64,000 nt of DNA from an uncultured Candidatus Saccharibacteria bacterium (GCA_964601305.1 CAZRMW010000002.1:3439-67438); one strand, 5' to 3'. Positions 28,597-38,212 are shown, counted from the first letter of the stretch. Numbers and translations are program-made. Notes: generated from the sequence alone by a model not told the origin.

Positions 28597-28640
28597 AGCC
28601 TCATAAACCCCGCCGAGCGGGGTAAATATGAGGCTTTTTT
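28597..28640 (+). repeat. Terminator-like hairpin, copy 2, enclosing the REP-like palindrome
   Basis: AGCCTCATA..CCCCGCCGAGCGGGG..TATGAGGCTTTTTT. Confidence 0.75.
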
Positions 28641-28715
28641 ATTGACTTAGAAACACAGAATTGTTAGTTTGTAATAAGAAAAACCTTGAAATATAACCCA
28701 AAAAGGAGACAACCA

Positions 28716-29102
28716 ATGAAAGGAATGGAAGATTTGATTAAAGTCCAAGAACAAATATTAACAGCTCAAAAAATATTGATAAAGCAAAATATTGAGGCAC
28801 AGCAGGTTCGTTTGTGGTCTGAGTATGGTGAAGAATTAGAAAGAATTAAGCAGGATAAGGTGAAAGACATAGAAGAAGGTGGGCGTGTTGAACAAGTCTT
28901 AGTGTTTTTACTTAATCTTTTTTTGGAGGTTCACGATGCTCAAGAAAGTTTATCCATAAGCTCCAAAGAAGAAAGAAAGTTTTTTGAAAGAAACTTTGCT
29001 CTTTGGATGAATCTACCAGCGATGAAAAAAATGTGGAAAAGAGTAAGACTCTGGAAGCATAAAGAGCATGTAAAATTTGTAGACAGTTTAATTAAAAAAT
29101 AA
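28716..29102 (+). CDS. Hypothetical protein
   Basis: AAGGAG SD before ATG 28716; helical/coiled composition. Confidence 0.65.
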   Translation: MKGMEDLIKVQEQILTAQKILIKQNIEAQQVRLWSEYGEELERIKQDKVKDIEEGGRVEQVLVFLLNLFLEVHDAQESLSISSKEERKFFERNFALWMNLPAMKKMWKRVRLWKHKEHVKFVDSLIKK

Positions 29103-29123
29103 ATCAATTTACCTTAGGGTGAA

Positions 29124-29173
29124 ATCGAAAAGCCTTATGTACTATGCCAAGCGCGGCAAGTATGAGGCTTTTT
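29124..29173 (+). repeat. Terminator-like hairpin repeat, copy 3
   Basis: Direct repeat of 27953-28003; abuts the comM stop. Confidence 0.85.
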
Positions 29174-30701
29174 ATTTTTCTTTTGGCCTGTATTGCAATG
29201 CCTCGAAAATGTGTTTTTCTAAAATATCTTTGTTTTCATCAAGGTCCGCAATTGTGCGGGCTAATTTTATTACTCTATGGTACGCACGCGCCGAGAGATC
29301 GAGCTGTTTGGCAGCTTGGTCTAACGTTTCACGTACAGTATTTGAAATGTTTACAAATTTTTTAAGCTCGCGCACCCCCATTTCGCTATTTGTTATTGTT
29401 GATGTATCAGAAAATCTTTTCTTCTGAATTTCTCTGGCTTTTATAATTCTTTTTCTAACTTCACTTGAAGACTCGGAAACAATTTTGTCGTTTGAAAGTT
29501 TTTCAATTTCTATTTGAGGAACTTCTAACCACAGATCTACTCTATCTATAATTGGTCCAGAAATTTTTCTTTGATATCTTAAAAGTTCACCCTGTGAACA
29601 AATACAATCTTTTACAGTTGAAGTTAGGTTGCCGCAGGGGCATGGGTTCATAGCACAAAGTAAAATAAATCTTGCTGGAAACTTTAAACTACCACGAGCC
29701 CTGGAAATTGTTACTACACCGTCTTCTAATGGTTGACGCATAGCTTCGATGACCCTTTTTTCAAAGAGAGGGAATTCATCAAGAAAAAGAACTCCACGAT
29801 GACTTAGACTTATTTCCCCTGGTTTTGGCCATGTGCCACCACCAACAAGGGCAACATAAGAAGATGTGTGGTGTGGTGTCCGTAGGGGTCGATCTGCGCA
29901 ATATGGCCCGTCTAATGCGCCAGCTATACTGTGAATTGTTGTAATTTCTAAGGCCTCATCGAAAGATGGGGGAGGTAAAATAGCAGAAAACGCTTTTGCA
30001 AGCATTGTTTTTCCTGTGCCTGGAGGACCAGACATTGCTATATTGTGTCCGCCGGCTGCTGCTATCTCTAAACCTCTTTTGGCCGTTTCTTGACCTTTTA
30101 TGTCTGAAAAATCTAAGAGCCCACCCAGAAAATCTTCTGGTTTCATTTTTGTAGGAGATTGTTTTTCTAAAACCTCATCTTCATGGAGGTGTAAAATTAA
30201 ATCTTTTAGGCTGTTTATTCCATAAACATCAATATCTTTTATGAGGGCAGCTTCTTTGGCGTTTTCTTTTGGTAGATAAATTTCTTTAAAGCCTTTTTCT
30301 TTGGCAACTCTTGCAAGACTTAAAACTCCTTTTATTGGTCTAAGTGTACCATCAAGCCCGAGTTCTCCGAGAAAAATTTTTCCTTCAGTAGAAAAATGTA
30401 TTTGATCAGATGCTAAAAGAAAAGAAAGCGCTATAGCTAAATCAAAAACCGGTCCTTCTTTTTTAAGATCGGCCGGGGCTAGAGATATAGTTACTCGATA
30501 GTTTCCTTTTTGTGGTGAATCAAATCCATTGTTTTTTATAGCTGCAGAAACCCTGTCTTTTGCTTCGTCTACTGCCTTATCGGCGAGGCCTACAATAGAA
30601 AAACGATGAAGACCTTTTGTAAGGTCTATTTCTACATCAATGATTTTTCCATCTAACCCAAATGTTTGAGCAGAGTATATCTTTTTTGCCATTAGAGACA
30701 A
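29172..30701 (-). CDS. comM: ComM/YifB Mg-chelatase-like AAA+ ATPase
   Basis: LAPADLKKEG, GPPGTGKT, LFLDEF, MNPCPCG, LSARAY, ARTIADL. Confidence 0.95.
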   Translation of the reverse strand: MSLMAKKIYSAQTFGLDGKIIDVEIDLTKGLHRFSIVGLADKAVDEAKDRVSAAIKNNGFDSPQKGNYRVTISLAPADLKKEGPVFDLAIALSFLLASDQIHFSTEGKIFLGELGLDGTLRPIKGVLSLARVAKEKGFKEIYLPKENAKEAALIKDIDVYGINSLKDLILHLHEDEVLEKQSPTKMKPEDFLGGLLDFSDIKGQETAKRGLEIAAAGGHNIAMSGPPGTGKTMLAKAFSAILPPPSFDEALEITTIHSIAGALDGPYCADRPLRTPHHTSSYVALVGGGTWPKPGEISLSHRGVLFLDEFPLFEKRVIEAMRQPLEDGVVTISRARGSLKFPARFILLCAMNPCPCGNLTSTVKDCICSQGELLRYQRKISGPIIDRVDLWLEVPQIEIEKLSNDKIVSESSSEVRKRIIKAREIQKKRFSDTSTITNSEMGVRELKKFVNISNTVRETLDQAAKQLDLSARAYHRVIKLARTIADLDENKDILEKHIFEALQYRPKEK

Positions 30702-30721
30702 TCTAGCACTCTAAGCGTGTT

Positions 30722-30976
30722 TTATGCAAGCCTTGTCTCTAAACTTGATATTCGTGTTTCTAGTCTATTTAAGTGCTCTCTCATTATGGTAAATTCTTGT
30801 TCTTGTTTTGTGTATAATTCTACAAATTTATCTATGCTAGAGCTAAGTCCTCTAATTTCAGTTTTAAATTCTTTTTTTGTCTCTTCTAGTCTTTTTTCAA
30901 CAGCATCAAGAATAACCACAGTTTGTTGCGAAAGTAATTTTTCCATTTTTTCAGATGTTATGTTTTCTTCTTTCAT
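30722..30976 (-). CDS. Small coiled-coil hypothetical protein
   Basis: 84-aa heptad-rich ORF flanked by a 14-bp direct repeat. Confidence 0.7.
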   Translation of the reverse strand: MKEENITSEKMEKLLSQQTVVILDAVEKRLEETKKEFKTEIRGLSSSIDKFVELYTKQEQEFTIMREHLNRLETRISSLETRLA

Positions 30977-30986
30977 TTTTGTGTAT

Positions 30987-31340
30987 TTATTGTTTGTGTT
31001 TTATGCAAGTGGTGGCTGTGGGATCAGCTTCTAGTCTTTTTTCTTCAATTTTACAGCCCTCAGTACACATACCATAAGAATTATCTTCAATTCTTTTTAA
31101 GGCGTCTTTTACTTTGTTTAATCTTTCTTCTGTTTCTCTTTCCCTAGCTTCTTTGTTTTGAGATTCCTCAAAAACATCAGCCATTTCGCTTTGGTCTGTT
31201 GTCATTACATTTAAATCGTCTGGGGTTGTTTTCCAGTCATCTGGATTTTCTGGATCTGGTTTTGCAATACCTGAAAGTATTTTTTCTAGTTGCTCTTTTT
31301 CTTCTTCTAATTTTTGTTTAAAGTGTTTTGTGTTTATCAT
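30987..31340 (-). CDS. DksA/TraR-family zinc-finger protein
   Basis: ALKRIEDNSYGMC..IEEKRLEADPTATTC. Confidence 0.88.
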   Translation of the reverse strand: MINTKHFKQKLEEEKEQLEKILSGIAKPDPENPDDWKTTPDDLNVMTTDQSEMADVFEESQNKEARERETEERLNKVKDALKRIEDNSYGMCTEGCKIEEKRLEADPTATTCIKHKQ

Positions 31341-31346
31341 AATGAT

Positions 31347-32204
31347 TTAATTATATCCGAAAAGTGTAAATTGTCGAACAATTTCTTCAAAAGTTTTTGT
31401 GTCTTCAGTAATAATCAAAAACTTTTTATTAAAAAATGAATAAAGAAGAACGGTACCCTCTGCATTTTCTAAAATTCTCACATTCTGATTTTTTATTATT
31501 TTGTCTTTGAAGGCTAGAACCTCGTCTTTAGAAACTTTTTTGTTTGAAAGAAATCCAATGTCTTCAAAAATATTTTTTTCCCATTTTAAAATTCCAGAAA
31601 ATGCATTATCAAACTCACCGTCTTTTATTTTAAAAATTAAAGCAGGATGATTTTCTTGAAGAACCCAAAGCCCTAAGAAAAATTCATTTTCTAAAAATGT
31701 TGTTAGAAAAACAGGGACATTTGCTTCTAGTTCTCTTAAAAAATCTTTTGATGTTAAATATTTATCTGTTGAAAAGTCTAAAATAGGGAAATAAACTAAA
31801 TCTCCAGGAGTGAATTTTTTTTGAAAAACGTTAGTTAGTTGAGTTTTTAGGTTTTCATCCTCTCTTGTTTTTATAAGATTTTCATCTTGGCTTGCGATAA
31901 TTGGCGTCGGCACTGTCTCTATGGTTATTTTTGTTTCTTTTTCTTCTTTTCCTAAAAATAAAAATACTCCTAAAAACAAAACTGTTGTTAACAGAACACC
32001 TACAGAAATTAAGAATTTTTTATTTAGAAAAAAAGAACTTTTTATAGACTCTATTTTTTGCGTGGCCTGCTGTTTTTTATACAAGTCAGCGAGAGACGTT
32101 TTTCCTTTCTTTGCAGCTTCAGAGGCATCTGTTTTGAGTGTGCGAAGAGTATGAAGAGAACTTGTCTCCTTTTTTTCTTTGTTGTCTTGTGGATTTTGAT
32201 CCAT
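31347..32204 (-). CDS. Conserved membrane-anchored hypothetical protein
   Basis: LRTLKTD motif, single TM, FSGILKWE and LLYSF motifs. Confidence 0.75.
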   Translation of the reverse strand: MDQNPQDNKEKKETSSLHTLRTLKTDASEAAKKGKTSLADLYKKQQATQKIESIKSSFFLNKKFLISVGVLLTTVLFLGVFLFLGKEEKETKITIETVPTPIIASQDENLIKTREDENLKTQLTNVFQKKFTPGDLVYFPILDFSTDKYLTSKDFLRELEANVPVFLTTFLENEFFLGLWVLQENHPALIFKIKDGEFDNAFSGILKWEKNIFEDIGFLSNKKVSKDEVLAFKDKIIKNQNVRILENAEGTVLLYSFFNKKFLIITEDTKTFEEIVRQFTLFGYN

Positions 32205-32217
32205 ATCGTTTTAAAAA

Positions 32218-34380
32218 TTAATTTTTATAACGAGGAATGTTTGGTTTTGTTGGGTGTTTTGGTTTTCCAAAGAAGTTTGGATCGGCTAACTTTACAGATA
32301 AACTTATTTTACCATTTATTTTGTCTACTTCTTTTATCTTTACAGGAATTGTGCCACCTTCTTTTACTAAATCAGTTACATTTTCAACTCTAAATGGGGC
32401 AAGTTCAGAAATATGCACTAATCCTTCTATTCCAGGCTTTATTTCTGTAAAAGCTCCAAAGTCCATAATTTTTACAATACGTCCAGTAAACATTTCGCCT
32501 ACTTTTGGTTCGTATGTTACATCTTCAACCATGGTTTTAGCTTTTTCTAAACCTTCCTTACTGTCTCCGGTAATAAATACTTGCCCTTCTTCGTCGATAT
32601 CTATTTGTACACCAGTTTCATCAATAATTTTGTTGATAGTCTTTCCTCCTGGGCCGATTAGCGCACCTTTCTTTTCTGGGTTTATAGTAAGGATTAATAT
32701 TTGCGGTGCATATTGAGAGGTTTCTTTTCTCGGTTCTGGTAGTGTTGTGAGAATATTTTCTAAAATTTCTTCTCTTGCTTTCTTACCTTGAGTTAATAAA
32801 TCTCCAAGCATCTTTGTAGTAAGACCCTTCACTTTTACATCCATTTGCAAAGCTGTAATTCCGTTTTTTGTACCAGCTGTTTTAAAGTCTGCATCTCCGT
32901 GGTGGTCTTCTGGTCCTTGAATATCGGTAAGTACTTTGTAAGAGTTGTCGTCTTTTACCATTATACCCATAGCGATTCCTGAAACAGGGGCTTTTATAGG
33001 TACTCCAGCATCCATAAGTGCTAATGTGGAGCCACAAACAGATCCCATTGACGATGATCCATTTGAAGACATTGTTTCAGAAACGACCCTAATTGTATAA
33101 GGGAAATCCTCTTTGTTTGGAATAACTGGCCTTAGAGCTTTTTCTGCAAGTGCGCCGTGTCCGATAGCTCGTCTATTAAATCCACCCAATCTTCCAGTTT
33201 CTCCTACAGAGAAAGGAGGAAAATTATAATGATGCATAAAACTTTTCTTTTCTCTTACTTCCATACCTTCGATTATTAGAAAATCACTAGGAGCTCCAAG
33301 TGTAGCTACAGAAAGCATGTGTGTTAGGCCTCTGTAAAAAACACCTGTTCCGTGTGTGCGGGGAAGTACCCCTGCTTTGGTAGATAATTGTCTTATTTCA
33401 TCTAATTTTCTTCCATCTGGTCTTACATCGTTTTCTAAAACATTTTTATGGATAGTATCGTCTATCATTTTTTCAAAATAATCACTCACCTGGTTTTCGT
33501 AAAATTCACCAAGGTTGTTTTCTGCTAGTTCTTCCCACTCTTTTTCAAGTTTTCCTAAAACAAAGTAATGCTCCTTTCTTTCTTCCTGGCTTACCACTGG
33601 TTCTGTAAGTGCTTTTTCAAGCCTCTCTTGAATATTTTTTTTGAAAAGTTCTTCCATTCCCTCTGGGTTTTCCTTTAGTTCTGGCCAAACTTTTTCTTTT
33701 CCAATTTCTTTTATTATTTTATTTTGAAAATCTGTAATTTTTTCCATCTCTGGCATTGCTACTTCTAAAGCCTTGAGTATATCTTCTTCTGGAACTTGGT
33801 TTGCACCACCTTCTATCATATTTACTTTCCCTTCTCTCCCACAAACAGCCAAATTTATGTCAGATTTTTCTTTATCTTCGTATGTTGGGTTTACAACAAA
33901 CTTTCCGTCTATTCGGCCTATTCTTACTGCTCCAATTGGGCCATCCCATGGAATATCTGAAGTAGACAAAGCCAAAGAAGCAGCAATAATTGCTGGTATG
34001 TCTGGATCGTTCTCTTCGTCTAACGAAAGAGGAGTAACGACAATTTGAATGTCGTTTCTGATTCTTTTATCAAAAAGAGGACGAAGTGTTCTGTCTATCA
34101 TTCGGCTGTTTAAGATAGCCTCGTCAGATGGCCTTCCTTCTCTTTTCATAAAGCGACCACCTAAAATTTTACCTGCAGCATAAAATTTCTCTTCGTAATC
34201 TACTGTAAGAGGGAAGTAGCTTATACCTTCTCTTAACCCCTCAGACATTACAGCCGTGGCCATTATGGTAGTTTCTCCATATTTTACGGTGACTGATCCG
34301 TTTGCCTGTTCTGTGAGGTCTGAAAATTCAGCAACAAGTGGTCGTCCACTAAAATCGAGTTCGTATTTTTTTGTTTTCAT
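32218..34380 (-). CDS. pnp: Polyribonucleotide nucleotidyltransferase
   Basis: FPLTVDYEE, GHGALA, SNGSSSMGSVCG, KH and S1 domains. Confidence 0.98.
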   Translation of the reverse strand: MKTKKYELDFSGRPLVAEFSDLTEQANGSVTVKYGETTIMATAVMSEGLREGISYFPLTVDYEEKFYAAGKILGGRFMKREGRPSDEAILNSRMIDRTLRPLFDKRIRNDIQIVVTPLSLDEENDPDIPAIIAASLALSTSDIPWDGPIGAVRIGRIDGKFVVNPTYEDKEKSDINLAVCGREGKVNMIEGGANQVPEEDILKALEVAMPEMEKITDFQNKIIKEIGKEKVWPELKENPEGMEELFKKNIQERLEKALTEPVVSQEERKEHYFVLGKLEKEWEELAENNLGEFYENQVSDYFEKMIDDTIHKNVLENDVRPDGRKLDEIRQLSTKAGVLPRTHGTGVFYRGLTHMLSVATLGAPSDFLIIEGMEVREKKSFMHHYNFPPFSVGETGRLGGFNRRAIGHGALAEKALRPVIPNKEDFPYTIRVVSETMSSNGSSSMGSVCGSTLALMDAGVPIKAPVSGIAMGIMVKDDNSYKVLTDIQGPEDHHGDADFKTAGTKNGITALQMDVKVKGLTTKMLGDLLTQGKKAREEILENILTTLPEPRKETSQYAPQILILTINPEKKGALIGPGGKTINKIIDETGVQIDIDEEGQVFITGDSKEGLEKAKTMVEDVTYEPKVGEMFTGRIVKIMDFGAFTEIKPGIEGLVHISELAPFRVENVTDLVKEGGTIPVKIKEVDKINGKISLSVKLADPNFFGKPKHPTKPNIPRYKN

Positions 34381-34403
34381 AATAATGTTGTGCGACAGAT
34401 ATT

Positions 34404-34463
34404 ATTACGAATTCATGCGAATGACACTAATATAAATTGGTATAATTCGTATGCATTCGTAAT
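34404..34463. repeat. Inverted repeat built from CGAAT units upstream of pnp
   Basis: ATTACGAATTCATGCGAAT / ATTCGTATGCATTCGTAAT. Confidence 0.6.
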
Positions 34464-34513
34464 TTTTATGTCACTATTAATTTTTAATTTTAACAACTAA
34501 TAATTTTATTGGG

Positions 34514-35017
34514 TTATATTAAGTATTTTTTTTGGCTTTCACCTAAGTCTGTAAAATCGTCTGCACTTTCTTTTAATTTTGCAGAAGTAGATTTTTCAAA
34601 AGATATTATTTCTGTTTGGATGCCCTTGTTTGATTTTAAATATTCAACCAAAGGTACAAAATCTCCATCGCCAGTAACCAAAACCACAGCATCCATTTGG
34701 CTAGACAGCTTAATAGCATCTACTGTAATACCTACATCCCAATCGGCTTTTTTCATTCCACCATGAAATATTTGTAAATCTTTTACTTTTAGCTCTATCC
34801 CTATTTTTTCTAAAGCTTCAAAAAAAGATTTTTCTTCACCGCCTTCTGTTCGTATTACATATCCAATGGCTCGGATAAGTTGTCTATTACCAACTGCTGT
34901 TTTTAATACTTCTTTAAAATTAACCCTTTTTTTATAAAGGGCTTTGGCAGAGTGATACATGTTTTGAACATCTATCAGCACAGCAACTCGCTGATTTTTG
35001 TGTTTTGCTAATGGCAT
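34514..35017 (-). CDS. NYN-domain (LabA/DUF88, PIN-like) protein
   Basis: IDVQN, KADWDV, TGDGDF. Confidence 0.92.
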   Translation of the reverse strand: MPLAKHKNQRVAVLIDVQNMYHSAKALYKKRVNFKEVLKTAVGNRQLIRAIGYVIRTEGGEEKSFFEALEKIGIELKVKDLQIFHGGMKKADWDVGITVDAIKLSSQMDAVVLVTGDGDFVPLVEYLKSNKGIQTEIISFEKSTSAKLKESADDFTDLGESQKKYLI

Positions 35018-35036
35018 TTTTATAAAAGTTCAGAAA

Positions 35037-35366
35037 TTATTTAGAAACCTTTTTACTTGCCCCGCTCGGCGGGGTTTTTTTATCTGCAAGAGAACGGTTT
35101 CTTTTTAGTCCAAGTTTTTTGCTTATAGCTAAATAACTCTCTTCATTCTTTTTCTTTAAATAATCCATCAGTTTTTTCCTTTTTGAAACCATTTTAAGAA
35201 GGCCTCTCCTTGAATGATTGTCTTTTGGTTGGCTTTTTAAGTGACTAGTAAGCTCTTTTATTTGCTCTGTAAGCACAGCAACTTGCACCTCTGAAGAACC
35301 AGTATCTTTTTCATTAATACCGTATTTCTTGATGATTTTTTGTTTTTCTTGTGTTTTCATCGCCAT
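35037..35366 (-). CDS. rpsO: 30S ribosomal protein S15 with C-terminal extension
   Basis: [23 protein letters not shown]. Confidence 0.97.
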   Translation of the reverse strand: MAMKTQEKQKIIKKYGINEKDTGSSEVQVAVLTEQIKELTSHLKSQPKDNHSRRGLLKMVSKRKKLMDYLKKKNEESYLAISKKLGLKRNRSLADKKTPPSGASKKVSK

Positions 35367-35432
35367 TAATCAGTACTTTACTATACTTTAAGCCCTTTTG
35401 CAAGCCTACTTGATTGATGGTCGGGGAACAAG

Positions 35433-35455
35433 AAAAACCCCTGAAAGAGGGGTTT
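35433..35455 (-). terminator. Intrinsic terminator
   Basis: AAAAACCCCTGAAAGAGGGGTTT downstream of the minus-strand ORF ending at 35469. Confidence 0.65.
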
Positions 35456-35468
35456 ATTGAGGTAGAAG

Positions 35469-35864
35469 TTATTTTGGGGGAATAAAAGCTGTGAATTTTT
35501 TGCCACTTTTTTTGTATTTCATAGTGTCGATAGCATTAGTTATTGGAACTCCCAGATGAGTTCTTTTTCTCGGATATCTTTTTTGAACAAATGAATTAAA
35601 ATAGCCGTTATCGTCTATGACAATACCTTCCTGATTAAATACTATAATTCTGCAATTTCCGTGATTTTTCTTGCCACCATCTTGAATCAATATAGTAAAG
35701 GATTTGTTCTTACACCCAGTGAATTGTTTTAAAAGTTTATCTATTGTTTTGTCGAGAGGGTTTTTAAGATTGTTTCTGTTTTCTTTGTTCCACTCTTTCA
35801 TTTTTTCAAAAAACTGAATAATTTTTGGATGTAAACTTTCTCGCGTAGGCTTAAATGTTTTCAT
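35469..35864 (-). CDS. Hypothetical protein
   Basis: ORF with terminator; start placed at ATG 35864 after an AAAGGA SD. Confidence 0.55.
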   Translation of the reverse strand: MKTFKPTRESLHPKIIQFFEKMKEWNKENRNNLKNPLDKTIDKLLKQFTGCKNKSFTILIQDGGKKNHGNCRIIVFNQEGIVIDDNGYFNSFVQKRYPRKRTHLGVPITNAIDTMKYKKSGKKFTAFIPPK

Positions 35865-36029
35865 TTCTTCATTCCTTTCATTGTATCGTTTTTTATCTTC
35901 TTCTTCTTTTTTACCAATTTTAAAAATATAAAGCAACAAACAGCTTGAGAGTGGCGTGTAGTTGGTATGTATGGATACCAACGACCGTAGAACTTATACA
36001 TTTTTGTTTTTTGTGCTACTCTTAGAAAA

Positions 36030-36590
36030 ATGAAAAGAGAAACAACAATTATAGTGGGGAAAATAGTCTTAGCAACTGTTGCATCAGTTGGTCTTGTGAG
36101 TATGGCAGTATTGGCTCCAAATGCAGTTCAATGCTTGGAAATGTTTTGGGGCAAGGATAAAAGAAAATATAGTCCCAAATACCATGTTAATAAAACGATA
36201 TCTAAATTAAAACAACAAGGTTTAATAAAATTTGAAAATAAAAATGGTAAAAGTTTTGTACGACTCACCCAAAAAGGACAAGAGAGGTTGCTTAAATATC
36301 AACTCCAAGAACTAAAAATAAAAAAGACAAAAAAATGGGACAAAAAGTGGAGAGTAATTATTTTCGATATAAAAGAGAACAAAAGGTATATAAGAGATGG
36401 GTTAAGAATAGAATTAATTAGATTGGGTTTTGTGAGGCTTCAAAACAGTGTTTGGGTACACCCATATAAATGCGATGATGTAATAGCGATGTTTAAGGCG
36501 CATTTCAAAATTGGCAAAGATGTTTTATATATGACGGTTGAGAATATAGAAAACGATAAGTGGTTGAAGGAGGAGTTTGGATTAGTCTAA
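36030..36590 (+). CDS. PaaX-like regulator (wHTH + Cas2-like ferredoxin fold)
   Basis: RLTQKG, WDKKWRVIIFDI.E, LGFVRLQNSVW. Confidence 0.85.
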   Translation: MKRETTIIVGKIVLATVASVGLVSMAVLAPNAVQCLEMFWGKDKRKYSPKYHVNKTISKLKQQGLIKFENKNGKSFVRLTQKGQERLLKYQLQELKIKKTKKWDKKWRVIIFDIKENKRYIRDGLRIELIRLGFVRLQNSVWVHPYKCDDVIAMFKAHFKIGKDVLYMTVENIENDKWLKEEFGLV

Positions 36591-36705
36591 CATTTCTCCT
36601 AATTTTTTAGTACTTTTGAGTGTGTATAAACCCTACGGTCGTAGGTTTTATACACTATAACAATAATAGTATAATAATTAATAATTTGGGGATAACTGGC
36701 GAAAA

Positions 36706-36745
36706 TAAAAAAACGTCCCCACCCCGGAGCAAGTGGGGTAGGGAC
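36706..36745 (-). terminator. GC-rich intrinsic terminator
   Basis: Minus strand GTCCCTACCCC..GGGGTGGGGAC followed by a T-tract. Confidence 0.65.
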
Positions 36746-36794
36746 TTGGAGAGTTTGCGCCCGACGCAACAGCGGGAGCAACGCACTTTGTATT

Positions 36795-37022
36795 CTAATC
36801 TAGTAAAATCTCTTTGTAAAGCTTTTTGTCATTAAATATCCACATTCCAAGAGTTCCTCTATTAATCATTTCAATCAGTTTTTTTCTGATCTTTCTGTTT
36901 GAAATATAAGCGCTTATGCCTATGGTTGCACTTCTTGGATTTTTGTAAACAAAAGATATTGTTGTAAGGTTTAAGCAAAAAATAGTTTCTTCTTCTTTTT
37001 TATAAATTTCTAAAGATTGCAT
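36795..37022 (-). CDS. Hypothetical protein
   Basis: 75 aa; start overlaps the upstream stop (TAATG). Confidence 0.5.
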   Translation of the reverse strand: MQSLEIYKKEEETIFCLNLTTISFVYKNPRSATIGISAYISNRKIRKKLIEMINRGTLGMWIFNDKKLYKEILLD

Positions 37023-37222
37023 TAGTCACCTTTTCTTTCAATTTCTCTCAAAAGATCACTAAAAGCTGTTTCAATTATTTCTACAGCTTCATTTTCTTTT
37101 TCAATATCTCTTAGTTTTATAACAACTCCTTTTGCAAGATCGTTGAGTAAATTTTCTAAGTTTTCTTCCTTATCTTGTCTTTTCTGAATTTTCCGTTTGT
37201 TTCTACTCGAGTTACCTTTCAT
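37022..37222 (-). CDS. Hypothetical protein
   Basis: AAAGGAG SD before ATG 37222. Confidence 0.55.
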   Translation of the reverse strand: MKGNSSRNKRKIQKRQDKEENLENLLNDLAKGVVIKLRDIEKENEAVEIIETAFSDLLREIERKGD

Positions 37223-37300
37223 ATTAAACTCCTTTCTCAAAGTCGTCTAATTTCTTTGTATCAGTTTGATTGTGGTTGGTCAATATCGTAGAATTATTAT

Positions 37301-38182
37301 ATGTCGCAAAACATCAAAAAACTAAAAAACCAATATTTGGAATATATAGAAATAGAAAGAGGGCGTGCGCTTAAAACAGTTGAGAATTATGATAGATATT
37401 TGAAAAAGTTTTTTGATTTTTCTAAAGTTAAAAATCCGCAAGATATAAAAGATGAGACAGTTCGTAAATATCGTTTGTATTTAAATAGAGAGGGACTGAA
37501 AAAGAAAACACAAAACTATTATTTAATTGCGCTTAGAAATTTTTTAAAGTATTTAGCAAAGTTAGATATAAAAAGTTTGCCTCCGGAAAGAATAGAGCTT
37601 GCGAAAGTTGGGCAGAGGCAATTGGATTTGGTAAGTGGTGACGACCTTGAGAGGCTTTTGAGTTCACCGAAAGGCGCCTGCGAGGCTGATTTAAGAGACA
37701 AAGCTATTTTAGAGCTTCTTTTTTCTACAGGGCTTCGAGTGTCAGAACTCTGTGGTCTTAATATAGATAGCATAGATTTGAAGAAAGATGAGTTTTCTGT
37801 GAGAGGGAAGGGGGATAAAGTAAGATTGGTTTTTTTGTCAGGAAATGCTAAAAGTGCTGTGAAGAATTATTTAGATAAAAGAGCAAATATAGATGAAGAA
37901 GCAATGTTTGTAAATATAAGATCGGGAGGTCGGTTAACAGCAAGATCGGTGGAAAGAATCGTACAAAAATATGCCACTTTGGCAGGGATTTCTAAAAAAA
38001 TGACGCCCCATGTAATAAGGCATTGTTTTGCTACGGATCTTTTGGAATCGGGAGCAGACTTACGCTCGGTACAGGCACTTTTGGGGCATAGCAATATTAC
38101 TACTACTCAAATTTATACACACGTTACCGATAGACAGCTGAAAGAAATTCATAAAACCTTTCATGGAAAAAAGCGCCGATAA
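37301..38182 (+). CDS. XerC/XerD-type tyrosine recombinase
   Basis: TGLRVSE, GKG.K.R, HVIRH, LGHS..TTQIY. Confidence 0.95.
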   Translation: MSQNIKKLKNQYLEYIEIERGRALKTVENYDRYLKKFFDFSKVKNPQDIKDETVRKYRLYLNREGLKKKTQNYYLIALRNFLKYLAKLDIKSLPPERIELAKVGQRQLDLVSGDDLERLLSSPKGACEADLRDKAILELLFSTGLRVSELCGLNIDSIDLKKDEFSVRGKGDKVRLVFLSGNAKSAVKNYLDKRANIDEEAMFVNIRSGGRLTARSVERIVQKYATLAGISKKMTPHVIRHCFATDLLESGADLRSVQALLGHSNITTTQIYTHVTDRQLKEIHKTFHGKKRR

Positions 38183-38212
38183 AGGCGCTTTTATATTGGG
38201 GTATCTTTAATC

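Noticed and set aside
27590-29173. Classical integron with attC sites
   Set aside because: No RYYYAAC/GTTRRRY cores or IntI seen; units appear to carry their own promoters
36030-36590. CRISPR cas2 gene
   Set aside because: The protein has an N-terminal wHTH (PaaX-like); no cas1 or array is nearby
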